NCBI GenBank assembly: GCA_964582225.1
Contig: CAZORA010000007.1
Location: forward strand, 11,558-75,557
DNA: 64,000 nucleotides
Origin: an uncultured Dokdonella sp.
GTDB lineage: Bacteria; Pseudomonadota; Gammaproteobacteria; Xanthomonadales; Rhodanobacteraceae
Reading direction: 5' to 3'
In this document: in pieces, positions 25,849 to 34,490 of the stretch
Numbering within the stretch: position 1 is the first letter of the stretch
How the letters are laid out: each line of letters opens with the position of its first letter
Notes under the pieces: model-generated
Seen by the model: only the letters and a program-made list of their open reading frames with translations
Told to the model about the DNA's origin: nothing
The model's database searches: none
Made by a program: the position numbers and the translations under genes

Positions 25849-25867
25849 GATATCGACTCCTCGCGCA

Positions 25868-26638
25868 TCACATCAGGAACGCGGTCATCACGAAGTCGAG
25901 CGCGAGCACCACGATCGACGAGGCAACCACGGTGCGCGTGGTCGCATAGGCCACGCCTTCGCTGGTGGGCGGCGTGGTATAGCCCTGGAACACCGCGATT
26001 AGCGCCACGACGGCGCCGAAAGCGACGCTCTTCCAGACGCCATTGATCACGTCCTTCCAGACGTCGACGCTGGAAGTCATGTTGGACCAGAAGCTGCCGT
26101 TGTCGAGGCCAAGCCAGGACACGCCGACCAGGTGCGCGCCGAAGATGCCGAGCGCATTGAAGATGCAAGCGAGCAGCGGCATCGCGATCAGCGCACCCAG
26201 AAACCGCGGTGCGGCGACGTAGGCCAGCGGATCGACCGCCATCATCTCCATCGCCGCGAGCTGGTCGGTCGCCCGCATCAGGCCGATCTCGGCGGTGATC
26301 GAGGTGCCGGCGCGCCCGGCAAAGAGCAGCGCCGTCACCACCGGACCCAGCTCGCGGTAGAGCGAGAGCGAGACCACGGTACCGAGCGCTGCGGTGCCGC
26401 CGAAGATCGACAGCACGTAATAGAGCTGCAACCCCAGCACCATGCCCACGAAAAGCCCGCTGATCATGATGATGACCAGGCTCATCGCGCCGGCGAACCA
26501 CACCTGGCGAACGGTCTCGCGGAAATAGCGCAAGCTGCCCGGCAGCGCGCCCAGGATCTGCAGCAGAAACAGGCCGCAGGCGCCCACCGGGGCCAGCAGG
26601 TCGCCGAAGCTCGCACTGAAACGGCGCGCCGCGCTCAC
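25868..26638 (-). CDS. mlaE: ABC permease MlaE
   Basis: RELGPVVTALLFAGRAG, EIGLMRATDQL, GVAYATTRTVV. Confidence 0.96.
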   Translation of the reverse strand: MSAARRFSASFGDLLAPVGACGLFLLQILGALPGSLRYFRETVRQVWFAGAMSLVIIMISGLFVGMVLGLQLYYVLSIFGGTAALGTVVSLSLYRELGPVVTALLFAGRAGTSITAEIGLMRATDQLAAMEMMAVDPLAYVAAPRFLGALIAMPLLACIFNALGIFGAHLVGVSWLGLDNGSFWSNMTSSVDVWKDVINGVWKSVAFGAVVALIAVFQGYTTPPTSEGVAYATTRTVVASSIVVLALDFVMTAFLM

Positions 26639-27474
26639 GAGAGCCGCTCCGCCGCCGGCGGAAAGCCGAGATCCGTCGCGTAGTCCCGCGCCGGATACTG
26701 GAACGGCACGGGCCCGTCCGCCTCACCGCCGAAGAACTGCCGGGTCCAGGGCGAATCGCCCTTCGCCAGCTCCTGCGGTCGGCCGCTCGCCACGATCCGC
26801 CCGCCGGCCAGCAGATAGACGAAGTCCGCCACCCGCGAAACCGCCGAAAACTCGTGGCCGACCAGGATGCTGGTGATGCCCAGCGTATCGTTCAGGGTGC
26901 GAATCAGCTTGACCACCTGATTGAGCGCGATCGGGTCGAGACCGACGAAGGGCTCGTCGTAGAGGATCAGCATCGGATCGCGCACGATCGCGCGAGCGAG
27001 AGCGACGCGCCGCGCCATGCCGCCCGAGAGCTCGTTCGGCATCAGCTCGGCGGCGCCACGCAGGCCGACCGCCTGCAGCTTGGTGAGCACGATGTTGCGC
27101 ACCAGCTCCTCGGGCAGATCGAGGTGCTGGCGCAGCGGAAAAGCGACGTTTTCGAACACGCTGAAGTCGGTCAGCAGTGCCGAATTTTGAAACAGATAGC
27201 CGATCTTCTCGCGCAACCCGAACAGGTCCTCGCGCCTGAGCCGCGGCACGTCCTGGCCGTCGATGCGGATGCTGCCGGCATCCGGCCGGCGTTGCCCGGT
27301 GATGTGGCGCAGCAGGGTGGTCTTGCCGCAGCCGCTCGGCCCCATTACCGCGGTCACCCGGCCGCGCCGGACGTCGAGATCGACGCCCTCGAAGATGGTC
27401 TTGCGACCGAGCACCGTGTGCAGGCCGCGCACTTCGATCAGCACGGGCGCGTCCGCAGTCGAGGTTTGGCTCAC
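26635..27474 (-). CDS. mlaF: ABC ATPase MlaF
   Basis: GPSGCGKT, LSGGMARRVALARA, LYDEPFVGLDP, GPVPFQYP. Confidence 0.95.
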   Translation of the reverse strand: MSQTSTADAPVLIEVRGLHTVLGRKTIFEGVDLDVRRGRVTAVMGPSGCGKTTLLRHITGQRRPDAGSIRIDGQDVPRLRREDLFGLREKIGYLFQNSALLTDFSVFENVAFPLRQHLDLPEELVRNIVLTKLQAVGLRGAAELMPNELSGGMARRVALARAIVRDPMLILYDEPFVGLDPIALNQVVKLIRTLNDTLGITSILVGHEFSAVSRVADFVYLLAGGRIVASGRPQELAKGDSPWTRQFFGGEADGPVPFQYPARDYATDLGFPPAAERLS

Positions 27475-27543
27475 GGCATCCGATCTCGCGGCTGGAAGGA
27501 ATTCAGGGCGCGCGGCGCGGCGCCGAACTCGCAGGCCGCCAGC

Positions 27544-28194
27544 TTAGCCGAGGCCTGCCGAATCCCGCCAGCCGCGCACCTCCCCGGCCAGCAGATCGCG
27601 CAGCAGCGCTTCATTGCGGGCGAGCTGGGTCGCAGTGCGCAGGCGACGTGCGGAGACGATCGAGCGCAGGTCGCCGAGCGCGTCGGCAAACTCGTCGTTG
27701 ATCACCAGATAGTCGAACTCGTGGGCGTGGGCGACTTCCTCGCAGGAGGCGGTCAGGCGCCGATTGATGGTGGCCGCGTCATCGGACGCGCGAGTGCGCA
27801 AGCGTCGCTCGAGCTCGACGCGCGAAGGCGGCAGGATGAACACGCTGAGCGCCTCGGGCAGCGCCGCGCGCACCTGACGGGCGCCCTGCCAGTCGATTTC
27901 GAGCAGCACGTCGCGGCCCTGCGCCAGCAGCGGCTCGACCGCGCTGCGCGAAGTGCCATAGCGATGCCCGAACACCTCGGCGTGCTCGAGGAACAGGTTC
28001 TGCTCGACCATCCGCGCGAACACCCCCTCGTTGACGAAGTGGTACTGCTCGCCGTCGCGATCCTGCGGCCGCAACGGCCGCGTGGTGTGCGAGATCGACA
28101 GCGCAATCTCCGGCTCGCGCTCGAGCAGGGCGTGCACCAGGCTGGTCTTGCCGGTGCCCGACGGCGCCGAAATGATGTAGAGGGTTCCGCTCAC
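27544..28194 (-). CDS. gmk: Guanylate kinase
   Basis: SAPSGTGKTSL, SHTTR, YGTS, LEIDWQGARQV. Confidence 0.97.
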   Translation of the reverse strand: MSGTLYIISAPSGTGKTSLVHALLEREPEIALSISHTTRPLRPQDRDGEQYHFVNEGVFARMVEQNLFLEHAEVFGHRYGTSRSAVEPLLAQGRDVLLEIDWQGARQVRAALPEALSVFILPPSRVELERRLRTRASDDAATINRRLTASCEEVAHAHEFDYLVINDEFADALGDLRSIVSARRLRTATQLARNEALLRDLLAGEVRGWRDSAGLG

Positions 28195-28284
28195 GCAGCA
28201 TCACCGCGGGTGAAAAACAAAATGGAAACAGGCGTTCCGGCGCGCGTCAACCGCTGCCGCGATGCCGACCGCGACCGACGCCGG

Positions 28285-29142
28285 CTACTCAAGATTCTGC
28301 ACCTGCTCGCGCATCTGCTCGATCAGCACCTTGAGCTCGACCGCGGCCGAGGTGGTCTCGGCGTCGGCGGCCTTCGAGCCGAGGGTGTTCGCCTCGCGGT
28401 TGAATTCCTGCATGAGGAAGTCGAGGCGCCGCCCGATCGGCTCGGCGAGGCCGGCGATGCGGCGCGCCTCGGCAATGTGGGCGTCGAGTCGATCGAGCTC
28501 TTCGTCGACATCCAGACGCTGCAGCTGCAGCACGACCTCCTGCTCCAGTCGACCCGGATCGAGCGGCTGGCGCAGCTCCGCCAGGCGCGCGTCGAGCCGC
28601 GCCCGCAGCGCCTGGCGAAGCGCCGGCAGATGCGCGCGCACTGCGCCGGTGATGCGCTCGATCGCGTCCAGGCGTTCGCCGAGAAAAGCCCCCAGGCGCG
28701 CGCCTTCACGCTCGCGGGTGGCGATCAGTTCGTCGAGCCCGCGGTCGAGCAGGTCCAGCGAGGCGTCACTCAGGCCCTGGCGATCGAGCGGCTCCTCGAG
28801 CAGCAGCCCCGGCCAGCCGAGCAGGCTGGTGAAATCCACCTGCAGCACCGGAAATTTCGCCGCCAGCAGATGCGCGGTCTCGGCCAGGCGCGCGGTGAGA
28901 GCCGCGTCGAGCGTGATTGCGGCGGCGTCCGCGCGCGGCTTCCAGCGAAGACTCAGATCGACTTTGCCGCGACCAAGGCGCGAGCTCACCCGCTCGCGCA
29001 GCGCCGGCTCGAGCGCGCGCAGCTCGTCCGGCAGGCGCAGGCCGAGCTCGAGCCAGCGGTGGTTGACCGAGCGCAGCTCGAAGCTCAGCGAGCCGCGTGC
29101 GGTATCGGCCTCGACGCTGGCGTAGGCGGTCATGCTGCGCAA
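28285..29142 (-). CDS. yicC: YicC family endoribonuclease
   Basis: [46 protein letters not shown]; start TTG 29142 or ATG 29133. Confidence 0.95.
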   Translation of the reverse strand: MRSMTAYASVEADTARGSLSFELRSVNHRWLELGLRLPDELRALEPALRERVSSRLGRGKVDLSLRWKPRADAAAITLDAALTARLAETAHLLAAKFPVLQVDFTSLLGWPGLLLEEPLDRQGLSDASLDLLDRGLDELIATREREGARLGAFLGERLDAIERITGAVRAHLPALRQALRARLDARLAELRQPLDPGRLEQEVVLQLQRLDVDEELDRLDAHIAEARRIAGLAEPIGRRLDFLMQEFNREANTLGSKAADAETTSAAVELKVLIEQMREQVQNLE

Positions 29143-29236
29143 TGGAGGGCTCCCGCAGGCGAATCCCGCGCAAGGTAGCACAGCGCGCGGCCCGTCCGCG
29201 GCTAGACTAGGCGGCTGTTTCGAAGCCGGATCCGAG

Positions 29237-29968
29237 ATGCCCATTCCGACCCGTCCAAGCGGCCGCGAGGCCGACCAGCTGCGTCCGCTCATGATCGAGC
29301 GCCACTACACCCACCACGCCGAAGGCTCGGTGCTGATCGGCTGCGGTGGCACCCGCGTGCTGTGCACGGCCAGTGTCGAGGAAAAGGTGCCGCCCTTCCT
29401 GCGCGGCAAGGGTGAGGGATGGGTCACGGCGGAATACGGCATGCTGCCGCGCGCCACCGGCCAGCGCACTCAGCGCGAGGCGGCGCGCGGTGGCCAGGGC
29501 GGACGCACCATGGAGATCCAGCGCCTGATCGGCCGCGCGCTGCGCGCCTGCGTCGACCGCCAGGCGCTGGGTGAGCGCACGATCACGCTCGACTGCGACG
29601 TGCTGCAGGCCGACGGCGGCACCCGCACCGCCTCGATCACTGGCGCCTACGTGGCCCTGGTCGACGCGGTGCGCTGGCTGCTCGAGCGCCGACTGCTCAA
29701 GCGCGATCCGATCCACGGCGCCGTCGCTGCGATCTCGGTCGGCATCTGGCAGGGCTTGCCGGTGCTCGATCTCGACTACGCCGAGGACTCCACTTGCGAC
29801 ACCGACATGAACGTGGTGATGAATGACGGCGGTGGCTTCATCGAGCTGCAGGGTACGGCCGAAGGTCACGCCTTCCGGCGCGAGGAAATGGACGCCCTGC
29901 TGCAGCTCGCGACGGACGGCATCGAAGCCCTGATCGCCGCGCAGCGCAGCGCCCTGGCGCGGGACTGA
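29237..29968 (+). CDS. rph: Ribonuclease PH
   Basis: [38 protein letters not shown]. Confidence 0.98.
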   Translation: MPIPTRPSGREADQLRPLMIERHYTHHAEGSVLIGCGGTRVLCTASVEEKVPPFLRGKGEGWVTAEYGMLPRATGQRTQREAARGGQGGRTMEIQRLIGRALRACVDRQALGERTITLDCDVLQADGGTRTASITGAYVALVDAVRWLLERRLLKRDPIHGAVAAISVGIWQGLPVLDLDYAEDSTCDTDMNVVMNDGGGFIELQGTAEGHAFRREEMDALLQLATDGIEALIAAQRSALARD

Positions 29969-29973
29969 CGCGC

Positions 29974-30573
29974 GTGCGCCGGGTCGTCGTCGCCAGCGGC
30001 AACGCCGGCAAGATCGCCGAGATGCGCGCGATCCTCGCCGGCAGCGGGTTCGAACTGGTGGGGCAGCACGAGCTCGGCATCGTCGAGGCGGAGGAAACCG
30101 CGCCGACCTTCATCGAGAACGCGCTGGCCAAGGCCCGCCACGCCTCGCGCGCGGCGCGCCTGCCCGCGCTCGCCGACGACTCCGGCCTGTGCGTGGACGC
30201 GCTCGGCGGCGCCCCCGGCATCCGCTCGGCGCGCTACGCGGGCCGCCACGGCGACAGCGCAGCGAACATCGCGCGCCTGCTCGGCGAGCTCGAAAAGTGC
30301 GGACCTGGAAGCCGGCGCGCGCATTTCCACTGCAGCATCGTGCTGCTTTCCGATCCCGACGATCCCGCGCCGCTGCTGGCCGAAGGGCGCTGGAACGGAA
30401 GCATCCTCCTGGCGCCGCGCGGCAGCGGCGGGTTCGGCTACGACCCAGTGTTCCTGCCGGCCGACGGCGACGGACGCAGCGCCGCCGAGCTCGACTGCGC
30501 GAGCAAGAACCGCCTGAGTCACCGCGCGCTGGCGCTGGCGCGGCTGCTGGAGCTGCTGGCGGCGGCACACTGA
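29974..30573 (+). CDS. rdgB: dITP/XTP pyrophosphatase
   Basis: ASGNAGK, ADDSGL, PGIRSARYAG, GFGYDPVF, KNRLSHR. Confidence 0.96.
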   Translation: MRRVVVASGNAGKIAEMRAILAGSGFELVGQHELGIVEAEETAPTFIENALAKARHASRAARLPALADDSGLCVDALGGAPGIRSARYAGRHGDSAANIARLLGELEKCGPGSRRAHFHCSIVLLSDPDDPAPLLAEGRWNGSILLAPRGSGGFGYDPVFLPADGDGRSAAELDCASKNRLSHRALALARLLELLAAAH

Positions 30574-30743
30574 AGGTGTTATGCCCTCCACGCATGCGCT
30601 TGAATGCGTGACGCACTTGGCGAATCGGCCGTGAAATGACGCACGATGCGACCGTCAGGCGTGCCGCTTAAACCGCTTGCAGTCATGTGCCAGACTACCG
30701 CCGCGGCCAGTTCGGCCGCACGATGCTTCACGGAGATCATCCT

Positions 30744-31325
30744 ATGTTTCGCAAATCAACGCTCAGCGCCGCACTCGCAGTCGCACTTCTCACGGTCGGC
30801 GGCTCGGCCTGCGCAGAACCTTCCTCGAGCGGCTCGCAGATGAACGCCGCACCCATCGTTTTCCAGCACCTGCCGGGCGCCGACAACGCGCTCGAAAACG
30901 GCAACGCGCCACTGGCAGGCACGCACTACTATTTCGTTCCAGCCGGCGGGTTCGTGCGCCGTGACAGCATCAATTCGCTGGCGAACGTTGGCCTTGGCTG
31001 CATCGGCAGCGATGTGAATGCGACCCTGAACGCCGACGTGCAGCTCCCCGCAGGCGCCGAGATTCTCGGGGTACGGATTTTCTACCATGCGCCCAATGCG
31101 GGAGACCAAATTCGCGGCTGGTTCACGAGCTATGACGGTGCCGGCGGCTATACCGACCTGATCAGCGCATCGACCACCCAGACCGGCGGCTACTTCAGCG
31201 AATACTTCACGCCCGGCACGACGTTCAGCATCGATCCCGTCACATTCGCCTATGCCCTCAACACCCGCTTCTTAGGTTCGACCGATGTCGAGATGTGCGG
31301 CATGCGCGTTTTCTGGCAAGACTGA
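30744..31325 (+). CDS. Secreted hypothetical protein, paralog P4
   Basis: GGAGA SD; signal peptide MFRKSTLSAALAVALLTVGGSACA; motif blocks shared with P1-P3 and P5. Confidence 0.85.
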   Translation: MFRKSTLSAALAVALLTVGGSACAEPSSSGSQMNAAPIVFQHLPGADNALENGNAPLAGTHYYFVPAGGFVRRDSINSLANVGLGCIGSDVNATLNADVQLPAGAEILGVRIFYHAPNAGDQIRGWFTSYDGAGGYTDLISASTTQTGGYFSEYFTPGTTFSIDPVTFAYALNTRFLGSTDVEMCGMRVFWQD

Positions 31326-31337
31326 CGGGAGATCGCC

Positions 31338-31991
31338 ATGAACAATCATCAAATCCGGCGGCGATCGACACTACAGCCGCTGGGCTGGGCGCTCGCTGGT
31401 CTACTCGCATCGGCCAGCGTCGGCGCGGCGCCAGCCGAAATGCTTTCCTCGGCCGAAGGCCGAGCTGCAGCGGCGCCGCCGACCAGCCAGGTCGCAGTCG
31501 ACGCCAGCGCCCTCGACGCAATAACGCCCGCCGCGCTGACCTGGAATTACCTCAACGTGGCCGGAAGCATCTTCCAGGACCGTCAGGATACGGACACCTT
31601 CTATACCGATCTTGGGGATGGCTGCGTGTATCTGACGGCCGGCAATCGCCTGGAGACCAAGCTGATGCTGCCGGAGGGCGCCTACGTTCGTTACGTGCGC
31701 GCCTTCTTCTACGACACGAGCCCTCAGGATCTCTACGTCTGGCTCGTGAAGTTCGATGGCGCAGGCATGAATCAGGATCTCAGATATGTGACTTCGAGCG
31801 GTGACAGTGGCTACGGGACGACCTTGAGCAGTCTCGTCAACTACACGGTCGATCACTACGAGAGCCCGCTGTCTCTGGTGATGGGATCGTACGTTCATGA
31901 CTCCAGTCTGCAGCTCTGCGGCGTCAGGATTGCCTACTACACGGCGCAACAGATGCTGGACGATACGATCTTCAAAGACGACTTCGACTGA
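31338..31991 (+). CDS. Secreted hypothetical protein, paralog P5, ending DTIFKDDFD
   Basis: GGGAG SD; signal peptide ending ASVGA; clear similarity to P4 (GC, LPxGA, DGAG, CGxR). Confidence 0.85.
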   Translation: MNNHQIRRRSTLQPLGWALAGLLASASVGAAPAEMLSSAEGRAAAAPPTSQVAVDASALDAITPAALTWNYLNVAGSIFQDRQDTDTFYTDLGDGCVYLTAGNRLETKLMLPEGAYVRYVRAFFYDTSPQDLYVWLVKFDGAGMNQDLRYVTSSGDSGYGTTLSSLVNYTVDHYESPLSLVMGSYVHDSSLQLCGVRIAYYTAQQMLDDTIFKDDFD

Positions 31992-32084
31992 AGGCTTGCG
32001 CCGCGTCGAACGGACGTTCGGCGCGCGCGGCGCGGCTGCGGACCTTGATCGCAGCCGCGCCGCCCGCACGGCGTAGAATGCGGC

Positions 32085-33260
32085 ATGCTGCTGGCGCCGC
32101 CGCTTTCGCTCTACGTCCACGTCCCGTGGTGCGTCAAGAAGTGCCCCTACTGCGACTTCAATTCGCACGCGCAGCGCGGCGCCCTGCCGATCGATGAGTA
32201 CGTCGCGGCGCTGCTCGCGGATCTGGCCCGCGACCTGCGTGAGCACCGCGGCGCGATCGGCGATCGCTCGATCGAAAGCGTATTCTTCGGCGGCGGCACG
32301 CCGAGCCTGTTCCCGCCGTTGGCGATCGCGCGCATCCTGGCCGGCGTCGCCGCGCAGATCGAGCTCGCCGCCAGCGCCGAAGTCACGCTCGAAACAAACC
32401 CCGGCACGGTCGAGCACGGGCGCTTCGACGGCTATCTCGCGGCCGGGGTCAACCGGCTCAGCATCGGCGCGCAGAGCTTCGACGACGCGCTGCTGCGCCG
32501 CCTCGGCCGCATCCACTCGGCCGGCGAGATCGAGCGCGCGGTGAAGCGGGCGCAGGCCGCCGGCTTCGACAACGTGAACCTCGACCTGATGTACGCGCTG
32601 CCGACGCAGACCGTGGCCGGCGCGCTTGCCGACCTCGCGCGGGCGCTGGCGCTGGCGCCGACCCACGTCTCGCACTACCAGCTCACCATCGAGCCGAACA
32701 CGGTGTTCGCCAAGCGGCCGCCGCCGCTGCCCGACGAGGACAGCGCCTGGGACATGCAGGAGGCCTGCCAGCGCGCGCTCGCCGCGGCCGGCTACGCGCA
32801 GTACGAGGTGTCGGCCTACGCGCGCCCTGGCCGTCGCTGCGCGCACAACCTCAACTACTGGCACTTCGGCGACTATCTCGGCATCGGTGCCGGCGCCCAC
32901 GGCAAGCTGAGCGACCCCGCCAGCGGCGCGGTCGTGCGCACGACCAAACTGACGACGCCGCAGGGCTATCTCGAACGCGCCGCGCGCCGCGAAACCTTCG
33001 GCAAGGAAACCACGGTCGATCCGCGCGAGCTGCCCTTCGAGTTCATGCTGAACGCGCTGCGCCTCGTCGAAGGGGTGCCGAGCGCGCTGTTCGGCGCGCG
33101 CACGGGGCTCGCCGACTCCGCGATCGCGCGCCCGCTGGCGGAGCTCCGCGCGCACGGCTGGCTCGAACCCGACCCGGCACAGATCCGCCCGACCGCGCAG
33201 GGCCAGCGCTTCCTGAACGACCTGATGGCGGCCTTCCTGCCGCCGCCCGCGTCCTCATAG
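32085..33260 (+). CDS. hemW: Radical SAM heme chaperone HemW
   Basis: LYVHVPWCVKKCPYCDFNS, FGGGTPS, YEVSAYA, HNLNYW. Confidence 0.95.
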   Translation: MLLAPPLSLYVHVPWCVKKCPYCDFNSHAQRGALPIDEYVAALLADLARDLREHRGAIGDRSIESVFFGGGTPSLFPPLAIARILAGVAAQIELAASAEVTLETNPGTVEHGRFDGYLAAGVNRLSIGAQSFDDALLRRLGRIHSAGEIERAVKRAQAAGFDNVNLDLMYALPTQTVAGALADLARALALAPTHVSHYQLTIEPNTVFAKRPPPLPDEDSAWDMQEACQRALAAAGYAQYEVSAYARPGRRCAHNLNYWHFGDYLGIGAGAHGKLSDPASGAVVRTTKLTTPQGYLERAARRETFGKETTVDPRELPFEFMLNALRLVEGVPSALFGARTGLADSAIARPLAELRAHGWLEPDPAQIRPTAQGQRFLNDLMAAFLPPPASS

Positions 33261-33692
33261 CAGGAACATCGCCCGCGCGAAGAACACGATGCCGACCATC
33301 AGACCCAGCACGATGCGGTGCGTATAGCGAAAGCGACAGGGGCTCATGCGTCCGCGCAGCCCCGCCCAGATCGTGCTGACGAACACGCCGAGCACGCCGA
33401 AGGCCAGCAGCACCTTGAGGTTCAGCATCACTCCGAAGCGGCTGTCGAGGCAGCCGAAGCCGGGGCAGCGCACCGAATACATGGCGAAGCCGCTCAGAAA
33501 CAGCAGCAGCACGACCAGCGGCATGAAGCGTCGCGCGCGTCTCAGGATCAGCTCTTCGATCCGCGCCATTTCGGCGGCGGCGAGCTGCCGGTGAAAGCTC
33601 TCGATCACCAGCACCTCGAACGCCACCGCGCCGACGAAAACGATCGCGCAGGCCAGGTGCGCGAGTTGAATCCAGCCGTACCAGGCCGCCAT
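33255..33692 (-). CDS. Four-TM membrane protein, CopD-like uncharacterised family
   Basis: GGAGG SD; HLACAIVFVGAVAFEVL, LKVLLA, H in last helix. Confidence 0.75.
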   Translation of the reverse strand: MAAWYGWIQLAHLACAIVFVGAVAFEVLVIESFHRQLAAAEMARIEELILRRARRFMPLVVLLLFLSGFAMYSVRCPGFGCLDSRFGVMLNLKVLLAFGVLGVFVSTIWAGLRGRMSPCRFRYTHRIVLGLMVGIVFFARAMFLL

Positions 33693-33770
33693 TGATCGTC
33701 CTCCCGCGCATCGGGCGGCCGGATCGAGCAGCCGCCCGCGCAGGATCGACGCGCCGCCGCCGTGATCGCC

Positions 33771-33784
33771 TTGATGCAAGTCAA
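33771..33784. promoter_or_regulatory. FNR/ANR/DNR-type box
   Basis: TTGAT-GCAA-GTCAA, 9/10 match to TTGAT-N4-ATCAA, about 80 nt upstream of the membrane-protein gene. Confidence 0.65.
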
Positions 33785-34114
33785 GTCAGCGGTGAAGCCC
33801 ATCGTGCCGCGGCAAGCCAACCCGGCAATGCCGTCGCATAGCGACCGGGAACATCCGGGCAGGCGGCGTTCGTCTCGCCGCTTCCGCGCGCACCGCGGAG
33901 GTCGCAGATGAACGCTTCAGCATCCGGGACGCGCGGTCGCCTCAGCGCGCGGCGGAGCGAGGCGCCTGTTGTTTTCAGCGATCTAGCGTCGAAAGCCGCC
34001 CGCTTCACGGACATGACGAACTGCCTCGGATCTTCCTGGGCTTTGCAGCCGGCTCTGCGCGCTACCGGAAGGCCGCTAGGCGCGTCGCGCCTCTTCGCGT
34101 ACACTGCGCTCACC

Positions 34115-34360
34115 ACGGGTGTCCCGCGCGCGGCTCTCGCGCACGGGGTGAAACGGGAAGCTGGTGCGAGCGCCGACGGTCGAGCCGACCGCCGCCGATC
34201 AAGGCCAGCGCTGCCCCCGCAACGGTAAGCGAAGCAAGATGGGCCATGCGCCACTGCCGGAAACGGCGGGAAGGCGGTCCATCGGATGTGCACTCGCAGC
34301 GCGTGATCACCACGCGACAGCGCGTACCCATCATCCGCAAGCCCGGAGACCGGCCCGCGG
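34115..34360 (+). ncRNA. Cobalamin riboswitch
   Basis: AAACGGGAAGCTGGTG (34151), CTGCCCCCGCAACGGTAA (34211), GCCACTG..GGGAAGGC, B12-box AAGCCCGGAGACCGGCC (34339); upstream of BtuB-like gene. Confidence 0.95.
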
Positions 34361-34490
34361 CAGGCGCGTTTGCGCCATGGCTCCAGGCGTTGCGGCGGGC
34401 AACGGACGGGCATGGTCCGTCCCGGTCCGCGCGCGCCCATCTCGCCTTCCTTGCCTGGTTTCTGCGGGTGTGCAAGTGAAGGAGTGATCC

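Noticed and set aside
33790..34100. Possible TfoX-like gene relic upstream of the riboswitch
   Set aside because: Only a vague resemblance in one frame; no convincing start or motif.
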